From assembly GCA_050732575.1 (NCBI GenBank), contig JBOHRF010000001.1, positions 25,595-89,594 of the forward strand: a stretch of 64,000 bases of DNA, in the 5' to 3' direction. A program made the position numbers and the translations under genes. The stretch's first letter is position 1. Every line of letters starts with the position of its first letter. The stretch is from Longimicrobiales bacterium (GTDB taxonomy: Bacteria; Gemmatimonadota; Gemmatimonadetes; Longimicrobiales; RSA9). A model generated the notes under the pieces. It had not been told where the DNA came from, did no database searches, and was given only the letters and a program-made list of their open reading frames with translations. Shown here one piece after another: positions 18,495 to 28,985 of the stretch.

Positions 18495-19177
18495 TCAGTC
18501 GACTTGAAGAGCCAGCTCACTGAAAGCGCGAATGGTGCGCACACCAGCGGGCGCGGGACCGCCGCTTGCCACGAGCAGGATCGCTTCAATGCCGGCCGCG
18601 CGCGCGCCCAACACATCGACCTCATAAACGTCGCCCACGTGCACCGCCTCTGCCGGCTGCACGCCCGCTTGCCGGAGCGCAATCTCGAAAATACCCGGAT
18701 GCGGCTTCTCCACACCGACAGCGCCGGAATCGACAACGAAATCGAGCCAACGGCCCAGCCCTACCAATTCCAGAAAGCTGGCCACGCGGCCATCGGCGTT
18801 GGATACGACGCCCAGCTTGTAACCGCGGGCCTTCAGCTCAGCCAAGGTCTCGGCCGTACCCGGCTCGACATGCGTCCACAACGTGCCCGCCCGATGGCGG
18901 GCCCGGACCCGGGCGTACACTGACTCCGCGGCCTCGCCGGCGGCTTCCAGCAACGCGAGTAAATGGGACGCGTAAATGCGCCAGGAACTTGCGTCGTCGA
19001 GCACTTCGCCGCCGCGAATGGCCGCAGAGCGCCGCTCGCGCGCGGCCTGATCGGCAATCAGGAAAGCCGCTTCATCCTTGTTCACGCCGACGTCCGCCAA
19101 CGCGTTCAGGATGAAGGCGCGGTCGAGGTGGATGAGGGTTCCGCCCGCGTCGAGGAAGATGGCGCGGTGTCGCCGCA

Positions 19178-19178
<1 letters not shown>
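18495..19178 (-). CDS. HAD-superfamily hydrolase (subfamily IA-like)
   Basis: Starts MRRHRAIFLDAGGTLIHLD (motif I). VVSNAD and HVGDVYEVDVLGA are also present. ATG 19178 overlaps the upstream stop (TGATG). Confidence 0.75.
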
Positions 19179-20920
<1,742 letters not shown>

Positions 20921-21002
20921 AGTGTTCTCCCGCTTTCGAAACGCTCGGCACGAACCGCGCTGCCGGGACCATACCTCTTTCGACCCCCTGGTTTACTCTT
21001 GC

Positions 21003-22052
21003 CTACCCCAGGGCGGCGCGCACGATTCGGTCCGCGACGCCATAGGGTGTTTCCGCACCTGATTCCAGTGCGGGCAATGCCGAATCCAGGAGCTCCTGGC
21101 CACCCGACTCCTGCCATACGTTGGTCTGGATGCGGCGTGCCACCGCCTCGCGTACGCGATCTTCCAGCCGCTGGCGCCGGCGCCGGGCCAGCTCTCCAGA
21201 ATCTTGCAACCACTTGCGATGGCGGTCCAGTGCGTCCTCGAGTTGCGGGACACCCGTGCCATTTTCGGCAACGGTCTGAAGAACGGGTATCTCCCAGGTG
21301 GTCGCGACCACGGGCGCACTGGTGGGTGCGCCCGTAGCGCGCACGCGCTTGTGATGAACGCCATGATGCGCGGGCACATTGCGCAGCGCCTGACCGTGGC
21401 GCAAATGCAGCATCATCTGGATCTCACGCGCAATTCGATCCGCACCCGGTCGATCCGATTTGTTGATGACGAACAGGTCGGCCGCTTCCATCAGTCCCGC
21501 TTTCATTGCCTGAATCGAGTCACCGGACTCCGGTACGAGTATCACTACGGTCGAGTCAGACGCGGCGGCCACATCGAGCTCGGATTGACCCACGCCCACG
21601 GTCTCGAGCAATACGCGGTCGAAGCCGTACGCATCCATGACATCAGCAACTTCTTTGGTCGTGATCGCGAGTCCGCCCAGGCTGCCGCGCGAGGCCATGG
21701 AACGGATGAACACGCCATCATCGAGGGCCAGCTCGTTCATGCGAATGCGATCGCCCAGCAGTGCACCTCCCGTGTACGGCGATGTTGGATCTACCGCGAC
21801 CACGCCCACGCGCTCACCCTTCTGTCGGTACTGGTGGGTGAGTGCAGCGGATAACGTGGACTTCCCTGCGCCTGGTGGTCCGGTAATTCCGATGCGGTGG
21901 GCGTGTCCAAGGCGGCTGTGCAAAGCATGAAGAAACGCCTCAAAACCAGCGCGCCGATTCTCGACCATGGAAATGGCACGGGCCAGGGCCGTTTTCTGCT
22001 TCCGCCCAAAGGCCTCCAGCAGCGTCGAAAGTTCGGCTGTTGGCTGGGTCAT
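21003..22052 (-). CDS. meaB: mutase-associated G-protein chaperone (MeaB/ArgK family)
   Basis: ITGPPGAGKSTL P-loop. Also VAVDPTSPYTGGALLGDRIRM and VINKSD. 349 aa. Confidence 0.9.
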   Translation of the reverse strand: MTQPTAELSTLLEAFGRKQKTALARAISMVENRRAGFEAFLHALHSRLGHAHRIGITGPPGAGKSTLSAALTHQYRQKGERVGVVAVDPTSPYTGGALLGDRIRMNELALDDGVFIRSMASRGSLGGLAITTKEVADVMDAYGFDRVLLETVGVGQSELDVAAASDSTVVILVPESGDSIQAMKAGLMEAADLFVINKSDRPGADRIAREIQMMLHLRHGQALRNVPAHHGVHHKRVRATGAPTSAPVVATTWEIPVLQTVAENGTGVPQLEDALDRHRKWLQDSGELARRRRQRLEDRVREAVARRIQTNVWQESGGQELLDSALPALESGAETPYGVADRIVRAALG

Positions 22053-23716
22053 TTGCGCGGACCGGGCGAGGGCGGCCGAATCCCGCGCGCGTGGCGCAGC
22101 GGGTTCTCCAGCAGATGCGTGGGCAGGAAGAGCACCACGACAAACATGACAACGGCCACCAGCAAGCCGCCGGTCAGCAGGAAGGGATTGCGCAGTGCCA
22201 GAAATGTGATGGACGCAATGAGAGCAATGGTGAGCGCAAAAATGCTGAGTAGAATGCGCCGGACCTGAAGCAGGCCAAAACGCTCGAGATGCAGGATATC
22301 GCGCGGATGCACGCGCACGCGAAATTCCTCCCGCTCGGCGCGCGTAATCACATCACGGATGGCGTTGAACCCGGAGCGCACGTCATCAAATACGTTGCGC
22401 GCCACTTCCTGCGGCTGCCGCAGCTGGGCACGCAGCAGCTCATCTTTCATGTCCTTGATGACCGGACGGGCAATGTCCAGCCCATTGAACGCGGGGTCAT
22501 AGCGGAAGCCAATGCCTTCCAGGAGCGCAACGGCGCGGAAGAAATAGACCAACTCGCGAGGCAATAAGAGCGGCCAGGTGTAGAACGTGTTCATGATGTC
22601 CTGCACCATGTCCTGCACCTGGTGCACACCCAATTCACGAATGCGCGTGATGATGGCCAGGATTTCCACGGCCGCGTCGCGGATCTCGGCCCGCGAGATA
22701 TCCGGATCGATCATGCCCAGCTCGTACATGCCATTGATCATGCTGTCCAGATCATCTCGCCCGGCGGCCAATGCCAACTTGACCAGGTTGTCTCGCGTGG
22801 ACCGGCTCAGCTTGACCACCATGCCCCAGTCCAGAAAGACCAGTGTGCCATCCTCCTGTACCAGGATGTTGCCCGGATGCGGGTCGGCGTGCAGGAAGCC
22901 GTCTCGCACCAGCATGCGCAGGTAGGTGCTGGTCAGTCGGCGCATGAGCTCGCGAAAGTCCAGGTCACCCGCCACGAAGCGGTGGCTCAGGCGATCGATC
23001 TTGTCACCGGCCACCCATTCGAGGACGAGCACGCGGCGCCGAGTGTACTCGGCGTACACGCGCGGCGCACGAATGCGCTGTTCGCCGGCAAAATGCTGGT
23101 GAAACAGTTCGATGTGTTCCGCTTCCTGCGTGAAGTTCATTTCTTCCTGGATGCGTACGCTGAACTCACGCACCACGTTGGTCAATGCGCGGATATGGTG
23201 GTTGGGGAAGAATACATTCAGAAGGAACAGGACACGGAAGGAGATATCCAGGTCGACCGCAATCAACTCTTCTACGCCTGGACGAAGCACCTTGACGGCC
23301 ACATGCTGGCCGTTGACGCGGGCCCGGTGCACCTGGCCCAGGCTGGCGGCGGCAACCGGTGTTCGTTCGAACTCCTCGAACAGCTGCTTGGGCGGGGCGC
23401 GCAACTCTTGCATGATGACGCGTTCGATGGCGTCTGGTGGATCGGCCGGAACCTGGTCCTGGAGCGTGCTAATGGCAGACAGGTAGGGTTCCGGCAGAAT
23501 GTCTGCGCGCGCACCCAACACCTGGGCCAGCTTGATGAATGTGGGTCCCAGCGATGCAATGGACGCGGTGAGCTTGTGCGCGCGTCGAGCATGCGCCGGC
23601 GCGGCCACGCGCCGCGGACGGCCAAAGAACAGCCAGCGTCTGCGGTCTCGTAGAAACGCCAGAACGAAAGGCGTGAGACGCACCAAAATGACAAGGCCGC
23701 GTCGCCAGCGGTTCAC
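22049..23716 (-). CDS. ABC1/UbiB-family atypical kinase
   Basis: 555 aa with VAVKVLRPG, HADPHPGNILV and C-terminal TM helices. ATGA overlaps at both ends. Confidence 0.85.
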   Translation of the reverse strand: MNRWRRGLVILVRLTPFVLAFLRDRRRWLFFGRPRRVAAPAHARRAHKLTASIASLGPTFIKLAQVLGARADILPEPYLSAISTLQDQVPADPPDAIERVIMQELRAPPKQLFEEFERTPVAAASLGQVHRARVNGQHVAVKVLRPGVEELIAVDLDISFRVLFLLNVFFPNHHIRALTNVVREFSVRIQEEMNFTQEAEHIELFHQHFAGEQRIRAPRVYAEYTRRRVLVLEWVAGDKIDRLSHRFVAGDLDFRELMRRLTSTYLRMLVRDGFLHADPHPGNILVQEDGTLVFLDWGMVVKLSRSTRDNLVKLALAAGRDDLDSMINGMYELGMIDPDISRAEIRDAAVEILAIITRIRELGVHQVQDMVQDIMNTFYTWPLLLPRELVYFFRAVALLEGIGFRYDPAFNGLDIARPVIKDMKDELLRAQLRQPQEVARNVFDDVRSGFNAIRDVITRAEREEFRVRVHPRDILHLERFGLLQVRRILLSIFALTIALIASITFLALRNPFLLTGGLLVAVVMFVVVLFLPTHLLENPLRHARGIRPPSPGPRK

Positions 23717-24390
23717 GGATTGGATCGCTCCGCGGTATTATGGGCCGCGACGTTGGCGGGGGTGACCGAGCCGGCCGAGAGGGCAAAGGTGAAGACCTGG
23801 TCCACAGTCAGATCGATGGGCCTGACCATCGAGCGCGCCACAATCACCAACCTGCCCGTGGCCACGTTGGGCGTATTGGGAATGAACACGCTCACGCGTT
23901 CGTCAGTACCTTGCTGAACAGCATCGGGTGCGCGCGCCGCAATGAAGCCGATCGACCACCGCCCGGGTCCTGGATACTCCAACATGACGACTTCGCTAAA
24001 CGGTCGCTCCTGCTGGCTCAACACCGTTCGAATGATTCGATTGGCCGCGCTGTAAACCCGACGGGCAACCGGAATACGCTCGAGCAGCCCGTGCCACCAG
24101 TGCACGATGCGTGAGCCGAGCGCGCGTTCCGCCACCCAGCCGATGCCGAGCAACAGCAGAATGAGCGCGACCAGTCCCAACCCTGGCACGCGCATGCCGA
24201 GTGCGGGATAGAGGAAGCGACCCAGCAGGCCGTCCACGCGCTGGAACACCCACCAGAGCACGGCTCCCGTAACGGTGACGGGTGTGATGACAATGAGGCC
24301 AGCGATCAAATGCCGTTTAAAGGCACGTACGAGCGGTCTGCGTTTCAACGTCGGAGCACCTTCTGTAAAATGGCTTCCTGACGTTGCCAC
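23713..24390 (-). CDS. DUF502-like membrane protein
   Basis: TM helices (LIAGLIVITPVTVTGAVLWWVF, GLGLVALILLLLGIGW) followed by a conserved soluble domain. An ATG 24390 start overlaps ybeY by 46 nt. TTG 24348 (TTGA overlap with the ybeY stop) is an equally plausible start. Confidence 0.6.
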   Translation of the reverse strand: MATSGSHFTEGAPTLKRRPLVRAFKRHLIAGLIVITPVTVTGAVLWWVFQRVDGLLGRFLYPALGMRVPGLGLVALILLLLGIGWVAERALGSRIVHWWHGLLERIPVARRVYSAANRIIRTVLSQQERPFSEVVMLEYPGPGRWSIGFIAARAPDAVQQGTDERVSVFIPNTPNVATGRLVIVARSMVRPIDLTVDQVFTFALSAGSVTPANVAAHNTAERSNP

Positions 24391-24791
24391 AAGTCGCTGC
24401 GTTCCCGAGCATCCAGGTCAGGGTGGGTGTAACCGAGCACGTGCAGCGTGCCATGAATGGCCAGACGTGCCAACTCGGTGTCGAGTGGGATTTGCAGCTC
24501 CTCGGACTGACGACGCGCCTGATCGAAGCCTATGTAGATGTCGCCGACCGGCGCCTCGTCCTTCTCGAACAGCGGAAACGACAACACATCGGTTGGACCT
24601 TCGTGCTGCAGGTAGTGGGCGTTGAGGCGAGCGATCTCGGCATCGTCCACCAGAGTGACGGAAACGGCCGCCTGCTGGACGCCTTCATGCTCGAGTGTGC
24701 TGCGCACGGCGCCCTCCAGCCAATGCTGCCAGTGGGATTCGTCCTCGGCCGCCGCGCCCGGCAAGTTGATGTCGATCCGGAGATCGCTCAC
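24345..24791 (-). CDS. ybeY: rRNA maturation endoribonuclease YbeY
   Basis: HGTLHVLGYTH zinc motif. 148 aa. Sits downstream of phoH, as is usual. Confidence 0.9.
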   Translation of the reverse strand: MSDLRIDINLPGAAAEDESHWQHWLEGAVRSTLEHEGVQQAAVSVTLVDDAEIARLNAHYLQHEGPTDVLSFPLFEKDEAPVGDIYIGFDQARRQSEELQIPLDTELARLAIHGTLHVLGYTHPDLDARERSDLWQRQEAILQKVLRR

Positions 24792-25774
24792 TCGCCGGTC
24801 CGCTCGACATCCGCGCTGGCGTACGCATCAATGATCTCTTTGACCAGCCGGTGGCGCACAACGTCTACGGAATCGAGATAAACGAAGCCAATGCCATCGA
24901 TACCGGGCAGGATACGCTCGATCTCGAGCAGCCCGGAATCCTCGCGGCGCGGCAAATCGATCTGGGTCTTGTCACCGGTAATCACGACCCTGGAATTCAC
25001 GCCTACACGCGTGAGGAACATCTTCATCTGGGATGTAGTGGCGTTCTGTGCTTCGTCCAGGATGACAAAGGCATCGGCCAGCGTACGGCCACGCATGTAG
25101 GCCAGCGGTGCAATCTCGATGGTGCGCGACTCGAGCGCGCGCCGCACCCAGTCGGATGGCATGATGTCCTCGAGAGCGTCGTAGAGCGGGCGCAGGTAGG
25201 GATCGACCTTTTCCTGCAGATCACCAGGCAGGAAGCCGAGATTTTCACCCGCTTCCACGGCCGGCCGCGCCAGGATGATGCGCTTCACGCGGTTCTTGCG
25301 CAGCGCATCCACTGCGGCCGCCACGGCCAGGTAGGTCTTGCCCGTGCCGGCCGGTCCAATGGCCACCACAATGTCATTGTGAGCCACGCTCTCCAGATAC
25401 AAGCGCTGGCCCTCTGACTTGGAGGCAATGAGCTTGCGCAATCCGGCCAACAACACCTGACCATCGTCCGACCGCCCAGAGGAGCCATCGGCTGCCGCGC
25501 TTTTCCCGTTGCGTTGCGTGCGGAATGCGCGGCGCAAATCATCCAGGTCGAAGGACTGGCCGGTGCGCGCCAGATTGATGAACCGCTCCGCAACCGGAAC
25601 GGTGCGCTCGACATCCGTGAGTTCGCCCGAAAGAATCAGGTGATCGCCGCGCAGGATCACGCGGCAGTTCGAAAGTTTTGCAAGTTCCTGGAGGTGTGCG
25701 TCATTGACGCCGGCCAAGGTGAGGTAATCGGCTCCCTCCGCATCGATGCGGTGCTCAACGGTGCTACTGTCCAA
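24788..25774 (-). CDS. phoH: PhoH-family ATPase
   Basis: GPAGTGKTYLAVA Walker A and ILDEAQN. Start chosen at TTG 25774, preceded by AAGGAG plus 8 nt, giving 328 aa. The ATG 25897 start in the track overlaps aspS by 134 nt. Confidence 0.82.
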   Translation of the reverse strand: MDSSTVEHRIDAEGADYLTLAGVNDAHLQELAKLSNCRVILRGDHLILSGELTDVERTVPVAERFINLARTGQSFDLDDLRRAFRTQRNGKSAAADGSSGRSDDGQVLLAGLRKLIASKSEGQRLYLESVAHNDIVVAIGPAGTGKTYLAVAAAVDALRKNRVKRIILARPAVEAGENLGFLPGDLQEKVDPYLRPLYDALEDIMPSDWVRRALESRTIEIAPLAYMRGRTLADAFVILDEAQNATTSQMKMFLTRVGVNSRVVITGDKTQIDLPRREDSGLLEIERILPGIDGIGFVYLDSVDVVRHRLVKEIIDAYASADVERTGE

Positions 25775-27653
25775 TCCGTTCGCTCCTTTCCACGCGTTTA
25801 GTAACCGCGACGTGTAACTCGCGCAGCTCGTCGTCTTGCACGGGCGCAGGCGCACCCTCGAAGAGCGCGCGCGCCGCGGTCGTCTTGGGGAAGGCAATCA
25901 CATCGCGCAGACTGCTCAGCCCCGCCATGAGCATGACCAGCCGGTCGAATCCGAAGGCAAAGCCGCCGTGGGGCGGCGCACCATAACGGAATGCCTCCAG
26001 CAGGAAGCCGAACTTCGACTCCGCTTCTTCATCGGTCATGCCCAGGGCGCGAAACACATGACGCTGCAGGCTCTGATCGTGAATGCGGATCGATCCGCTG
26101 GCCAGCTCGTTGCCGTTATACACCGCATCGTAGGCTCTGGAGCGCAGCCCCGCCTCATAAAGGCGCTTCTGTGTGGCCGAGTCGGCCGGCGCAGTTCCCG
26201 TGATACGTACGAGGGCGTCGACATCCTCGAGATGGGGCATGGTGAACGGGTGATGGGCGGCCACCACTCGCCCGGAATCCGCATCCCAGTCGAACATGGG
26301 GAAATCGGTCACCCAGGCCCAGGCATGACCCGACCGGCCTCTCAAATTCAGGCGATCCGCCAGGTGGCGGCGCAGCGCGTCCAGCGCGCCATCCACGTAG
26401 GCGCTGCGCGTTTCGGGTCGGCCGGTCGCCCAGCGAAAGTGCCCAACCACGGCGACGAAAAGGTCGCCCTGATCGAGAGCTGCGGCTTTGGTAAAGGCAG
26501 CGGTCTGCTCGGGAGTCAAAGATCGGGCAAAGCTGCCGTTCAGACCCTCTTCCGTGCGGCGCACCCAGAGCGCGCCAGCCGCGCCCGCGGCTTTGGCTAC
26601 GTCAGCCAGCCCATCGAGTTCTTTGCGCGAGAGGGCGGCGCCACCCGGCGCTACCACACCGCGGATACGCGCACCACTGACCCGGGCCTCCTGGAAAACG
26701 CGGAATTCCGTATGACCGAGCATTTCCGTGTGATCTTGAAATTCCAGGCCAAAGCGCAGGTCCGGTTTGTCCGTGCCATACCGCTCCATGGCTTCGATGT
26801 AGGTCAGGCGCGGGAAGGGCGTGGCCAGCTCGATCCCCAGGAGTTCACGCCACACGGTCGCAATCATGCTTTCGGCCACCGAAAACACGTCGCTTTCCGT
26901 GACGAACGCCATCTCGGCATCGATCTGCGTGAACTCGAGCTGGCGATCGGCTCGCAAGTCCTCGTCGCGCAGACAGCGCGCGATCTGGAAATAACGGTCA
27001 TAACCGGCCACCATGAGCAACTGCTTGTAGATCTGCGGTGATTGCGGCAGCGCGTAGAACTCGCCCGGATGCAACCGGCTGGGGACAAGAAAGTCGCGCG
27101 CGCCTTCCGGTGTACGACGCGTCAACATGGGGGTGTCGATTTCCAAGAAGCCGCTGGCACTCAAATGCCTGCGCACGACCTGCATGGCGCTGTGACGCAA
27201 GGACAGCGCACGCTGGAAATCCTCGCGCCGCAGATCGAGGTAACGGTAGCGCAGGCGCAGTTCCTCCGCGGGCAACTCATCACCAGGCGCCACTGCAACC
27301 GGGATTACGGGTGTTTCCGATTCGTTGAGAACGACCAGTTCATGAACGCGTATTTCGATCTCGCCTGTGGCCAGCTCCGCATTGATGTTGGCGGCGGGCC
27401 TTTGGCTGACTACGCCCGCAACGTTGATGACCCATTCCTGACCCAGCCGGCGGGCCGTTTCCAGGACGCCAGGTTTTGCGTTCGGCCCGAAAGACAGCTG
27501 CACGCGGCCCGACCGGTCTCTCAAATCAACAAAGATGAGTCCGCCCAGATCGCGACGACGATGCACCCATCCCACGAGCCGTACCTCCGACTGGGCATCG
27601 GCCAGGCGCAGCGATCCAGCCAGGTGGGTTCGGTAATGCGTGGCCTGACTCAT
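25764..27653 (-). CDS. aspS: aspartate--tRNA ligase
   Basis: Starts MSQATHYRTHLAGSLR. LIFVDLRDRSG and class II motifs, including GGFAFGFDRLVM, are present. ATG 27653 overlaps the upstream stop (ATGA). Confidence 0.93.
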   Translation of the reverse strand: MSQATHYRTHLAGSLRLADAQSEVRLVGWVHRRRDLGGLIFVDLRDRSGRVQLSFGPNAKPGVLETARRLGQEWVINVAGVVSQRPAANINAELATGEIEIRVHELVVLNESETPVIPVAVAPGDELPAEELRLRYRYLDLRREDFQRALSLRHSAMQVVRRHLSASGFLEIDTPMLTRRTPEGARDFLVPSRLHPGEFYALPQSPQIYKQLLMVAGYDRYFQIARCLRDEDLRADRQLEFTQIDAEMAFVTESDVFSVAESMIATVWRELLGIELATPFPRLTYIEAMERYGTDKPDLRFGLEFQDHTEMLGHTEFRVFQEARVSGARIRGVVAPGGAALSRKELDGLADVAKAAGAAGALWVRRTEEGLNGSFARSLTPEQTAAFTKAAALDQGDLFVAVVGHFRWATGRPETRSAYVDGALDALRRHLADRLNLRGRSGHAWAWVTDFPMFDWDADSGRVVAAHHPFTMPHLEDVDALVRITGTAPADSATQKRLYEAGLRSRAYDAVYNGNELASGSIRIHDQSLQRHVFRALGMTDEEAESKFGFLLEAFRYGAPPHGGFAFGFDRLVMLMAGLSSLRDVIAFPKTTAARALFEGAPAPVQDDELRELHVAVTKRVERSERIGQ

Positions 27654-27982
27654 CCAGAATTCCTCACTCGGGCCGCGGCCCGATGGCTGCGCACCGTATA
27701 CGCAATGGTAATCCCGGCCGCGTCGCTGATGAAATCGAGCCACTCCGCCGAGCGGGTGGGCACAGTCCTCTGATGAAGTTCATCCATCGCTCCAACCACC
27801 ACGGCAAAGAAAAGCGGCCAAAACCGGGCCGGCTGTCTCAGCGCGGTCCAGCCGCGCGCCGCCAGCCAGCCAAGCAGGCCGTACAAAAGAAAGTGAGCGG
27901 CTTTGTCCAGCGGCAGGTCGGCTTGGACCGTCGGGATCTCGCTCCGCCCACCCAGGAACAGCAAAAACGCGCCCCAAACCAT
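27650..27982 (-). CDS. VanZ-like membrane protein (start uncertain: 27982, 28129 or 28162)
   Basis: DKAAHFLLYGLLGWL and MDELHQ...R...DFISDAAG are VanZ-like. Residues upstream of Met 27982 are Arg/Gly-rich and look non-coding. Confidence 0.5.
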   Translation of the reverse strand: MVWGAFLLFLGGRSEIPTVQADLPLDKAAHFLLYGLLGWLAARGWTALRQPARFWPLFFAVVVGAMDELHQRTVPTRSAEWLDFISDAAGITIAYTVRSHRAAARVRNSG

Positions 27983-28127
27983 GGCCGGCGCGTACGGCTG
28001 CAGCTTCAATGCGTGACCCGTGCAAAGGAAAATGGCGCATCTGCCAGCGGCAAAAATGCCGCGCCAGCCCGGCACGGACAAGCGCACCGCTCGACGACCG
28101 CCTCCGCCGAGCGTTACCTTCCGGACC

Positions 28128-28502
28128 ATGGCAGGCAGACTGAGCCCCGTGGCCGCGACCAAAGTTGCCGAACTTCAGGCGTTTACGCCGAAGGTTGCGC
28201 GCATCAATTCATTAGTCGAAAACTACGCCACCGCGCGCACCAACGCAGAAACGTATCAAACCAGTCTCAAGCGCGCGGCCGATCAACTGCGACTGCAATT
28301 CAATGCATCCGGATTCGATCAGCTATCCCAACTGTGCGGTACCATCGCAATGGCAACCATACGGGCCGGAAACCAGAACACGAAAATGCGCACATTGCGT
28401 GAGTTGGTTGGCAGTCTCCGCTTTCAAGTTGATCTCGCGATTCGCATCATCATTCGTGATGATGAAGAGTTGCGTGGCAAGAGTGAAACAAACGAAGTGT
28501 GA
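28128..28502 (+). CDS. hypothetical helical protein (124 aa), lower GC than surroundings
   Basis: An open frame of 124 codons in a roughly 50-55% GC stretch, with a sensible helical composition (MAGRLSPVAATKVAELQAFTPKVARINSLVENYATARTNAETYQ...). There is no obvious SD and I recognise no family. Confidence 0.4.
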   Translation: MAGRLSPVAATKVAELQAFTPKVARINSLVENYATARTNAETYQTSLKRAADQLRLQFNASGFDQLSQLCGTIAMATIRAGNQNTKMRTLRELVGSLRFQVDLAIRIIIRDDEELRGKSETNEV

Positions 28503-28526
28503 TGCTCCGAAATCGGCCCGAAGGAC

Positions 28527-28555
28527 TTGTCAGTAAAACACACGTGCGCTAGAAT
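28527..28555 (+). promoter_or_regulatory. sigma70-like promoter TTGTCA-17 nt-TAGAAT
   Basis: TTGTCA at 28527-32, a 17-nt spacer, and TAGAAT at 28550-55. It lies in a locally AT-rich patch right after a stop codon. Confidence 0.45.
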
Positions 28556-28561
28556 ACTCAT

Positions 28562-28846
28562 GCGCGTTTGAAGTGCGGTCGCTACTTCGAGTGCGCGGCC
28601 GATGTACAGGAATCTGTGTGTCGGCAGCTCGTCGAGAGGTTCGGTCCATCGATGAGCCGGTTGCGGGGTCGCTGGTCGCAACTGTATGCCCCTGAGCTCC
28701 GGGGCACCTGATCCGCTGACCGCGCGGAGAGGGTCAGGGAAGCAACTTCGATCGCCACACGTGGCGAGTCCGAACACAATGAGGTTGATCCCGCCAGCGG
28801 AAAGAGAGCCCCCAGGCTGCGATGTGTCGCACCTGGGGGCTTCTTG
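28562..28846 (+). ncRNA. candidate structured small RNA of unrecognised family
   Basis: No credible ORF. Seven consecutive hairpins can be drawn by hand: 28570-88, 28599-624, 28627-57, 28659-83, 28687-706, 28716-37 and 28752-67. A strong terminator follows. The next gene is convergent, so this is not a leader. Confidence 0.4.
28808..28846. terminator. strong intrinsic terminator hairpin, T-rich on both sides (bidirectional candidate)
   Basis: The hairpin is GCCCCCAGG-C-TGCGA-TGTG-TCGCA-CCTGGGGGC. It is followed by TTCTTG on the plus strand and by TCTCTTTCC on the minus strand. Confidence 0.7.
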
Positions 28847-28985
28847 CATCTGCGCGCTGCGCGCGGGCGCACTTCGTGGGCGCACTTCGTGGGCGCGCGA
28901 GTTTCACCGCGGGCGCGCCTTTCGGCGTAACGGACTCCGGTTCGTCGTCTCCTTACTTCGCCTCCTAGCGCCCGGCCGCAGGCCG

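Noticed and set aside
20921-21002. Possible cobalamin riboswitch in the meaB-mutase gap, or elsewhere upstream of the B12 enzyme genes.
   Set aside because: The gap is only 82 nt, too short for the ~150-200-nt element, and no B12-box-like sequence is visible.
24788-25897. Full-length 369-aa PhoH ORF starting at ATG 25897. Similar long forms exist at 15617-17386, 18495-19265, 32056-32799, 44682-46250, 45897-46955 and 46879-48198.
   Set aside because: The N-terminal extensions overlap the preceding gene by tens to hundreds of nt and are Arg-rich and low-complexity. They also precede an internal start that gives the family-typical N-terminus, often with an SD or a stop-start overlap.
28687-28740. 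TPP (THI-box) riboswitch-like fragment: CUGAGC ... ACCUGAUCCGC...GCGGAGAGGG resembles CUGAGA ... ACCUGAUCUGG...CCAGCGUAGGGA.
   Set aside because: The required architecture does not fit: P2 GGGG...ACCC is missing and the P3 hairpin would have to precede CUGAGA. There is no downstream same-strand gene to regulate. A ~10-nt match is within chance for a 64-kb window on two strands.
28562-28807. CsrA/RsmA-sponge idea for the candidate sRNA, based on GGA motifs in loops.
   Set aside because: Only 4 GGA triplets occur in ~245 nt, about what base composition predicts, and only two fall in hairpin loops.
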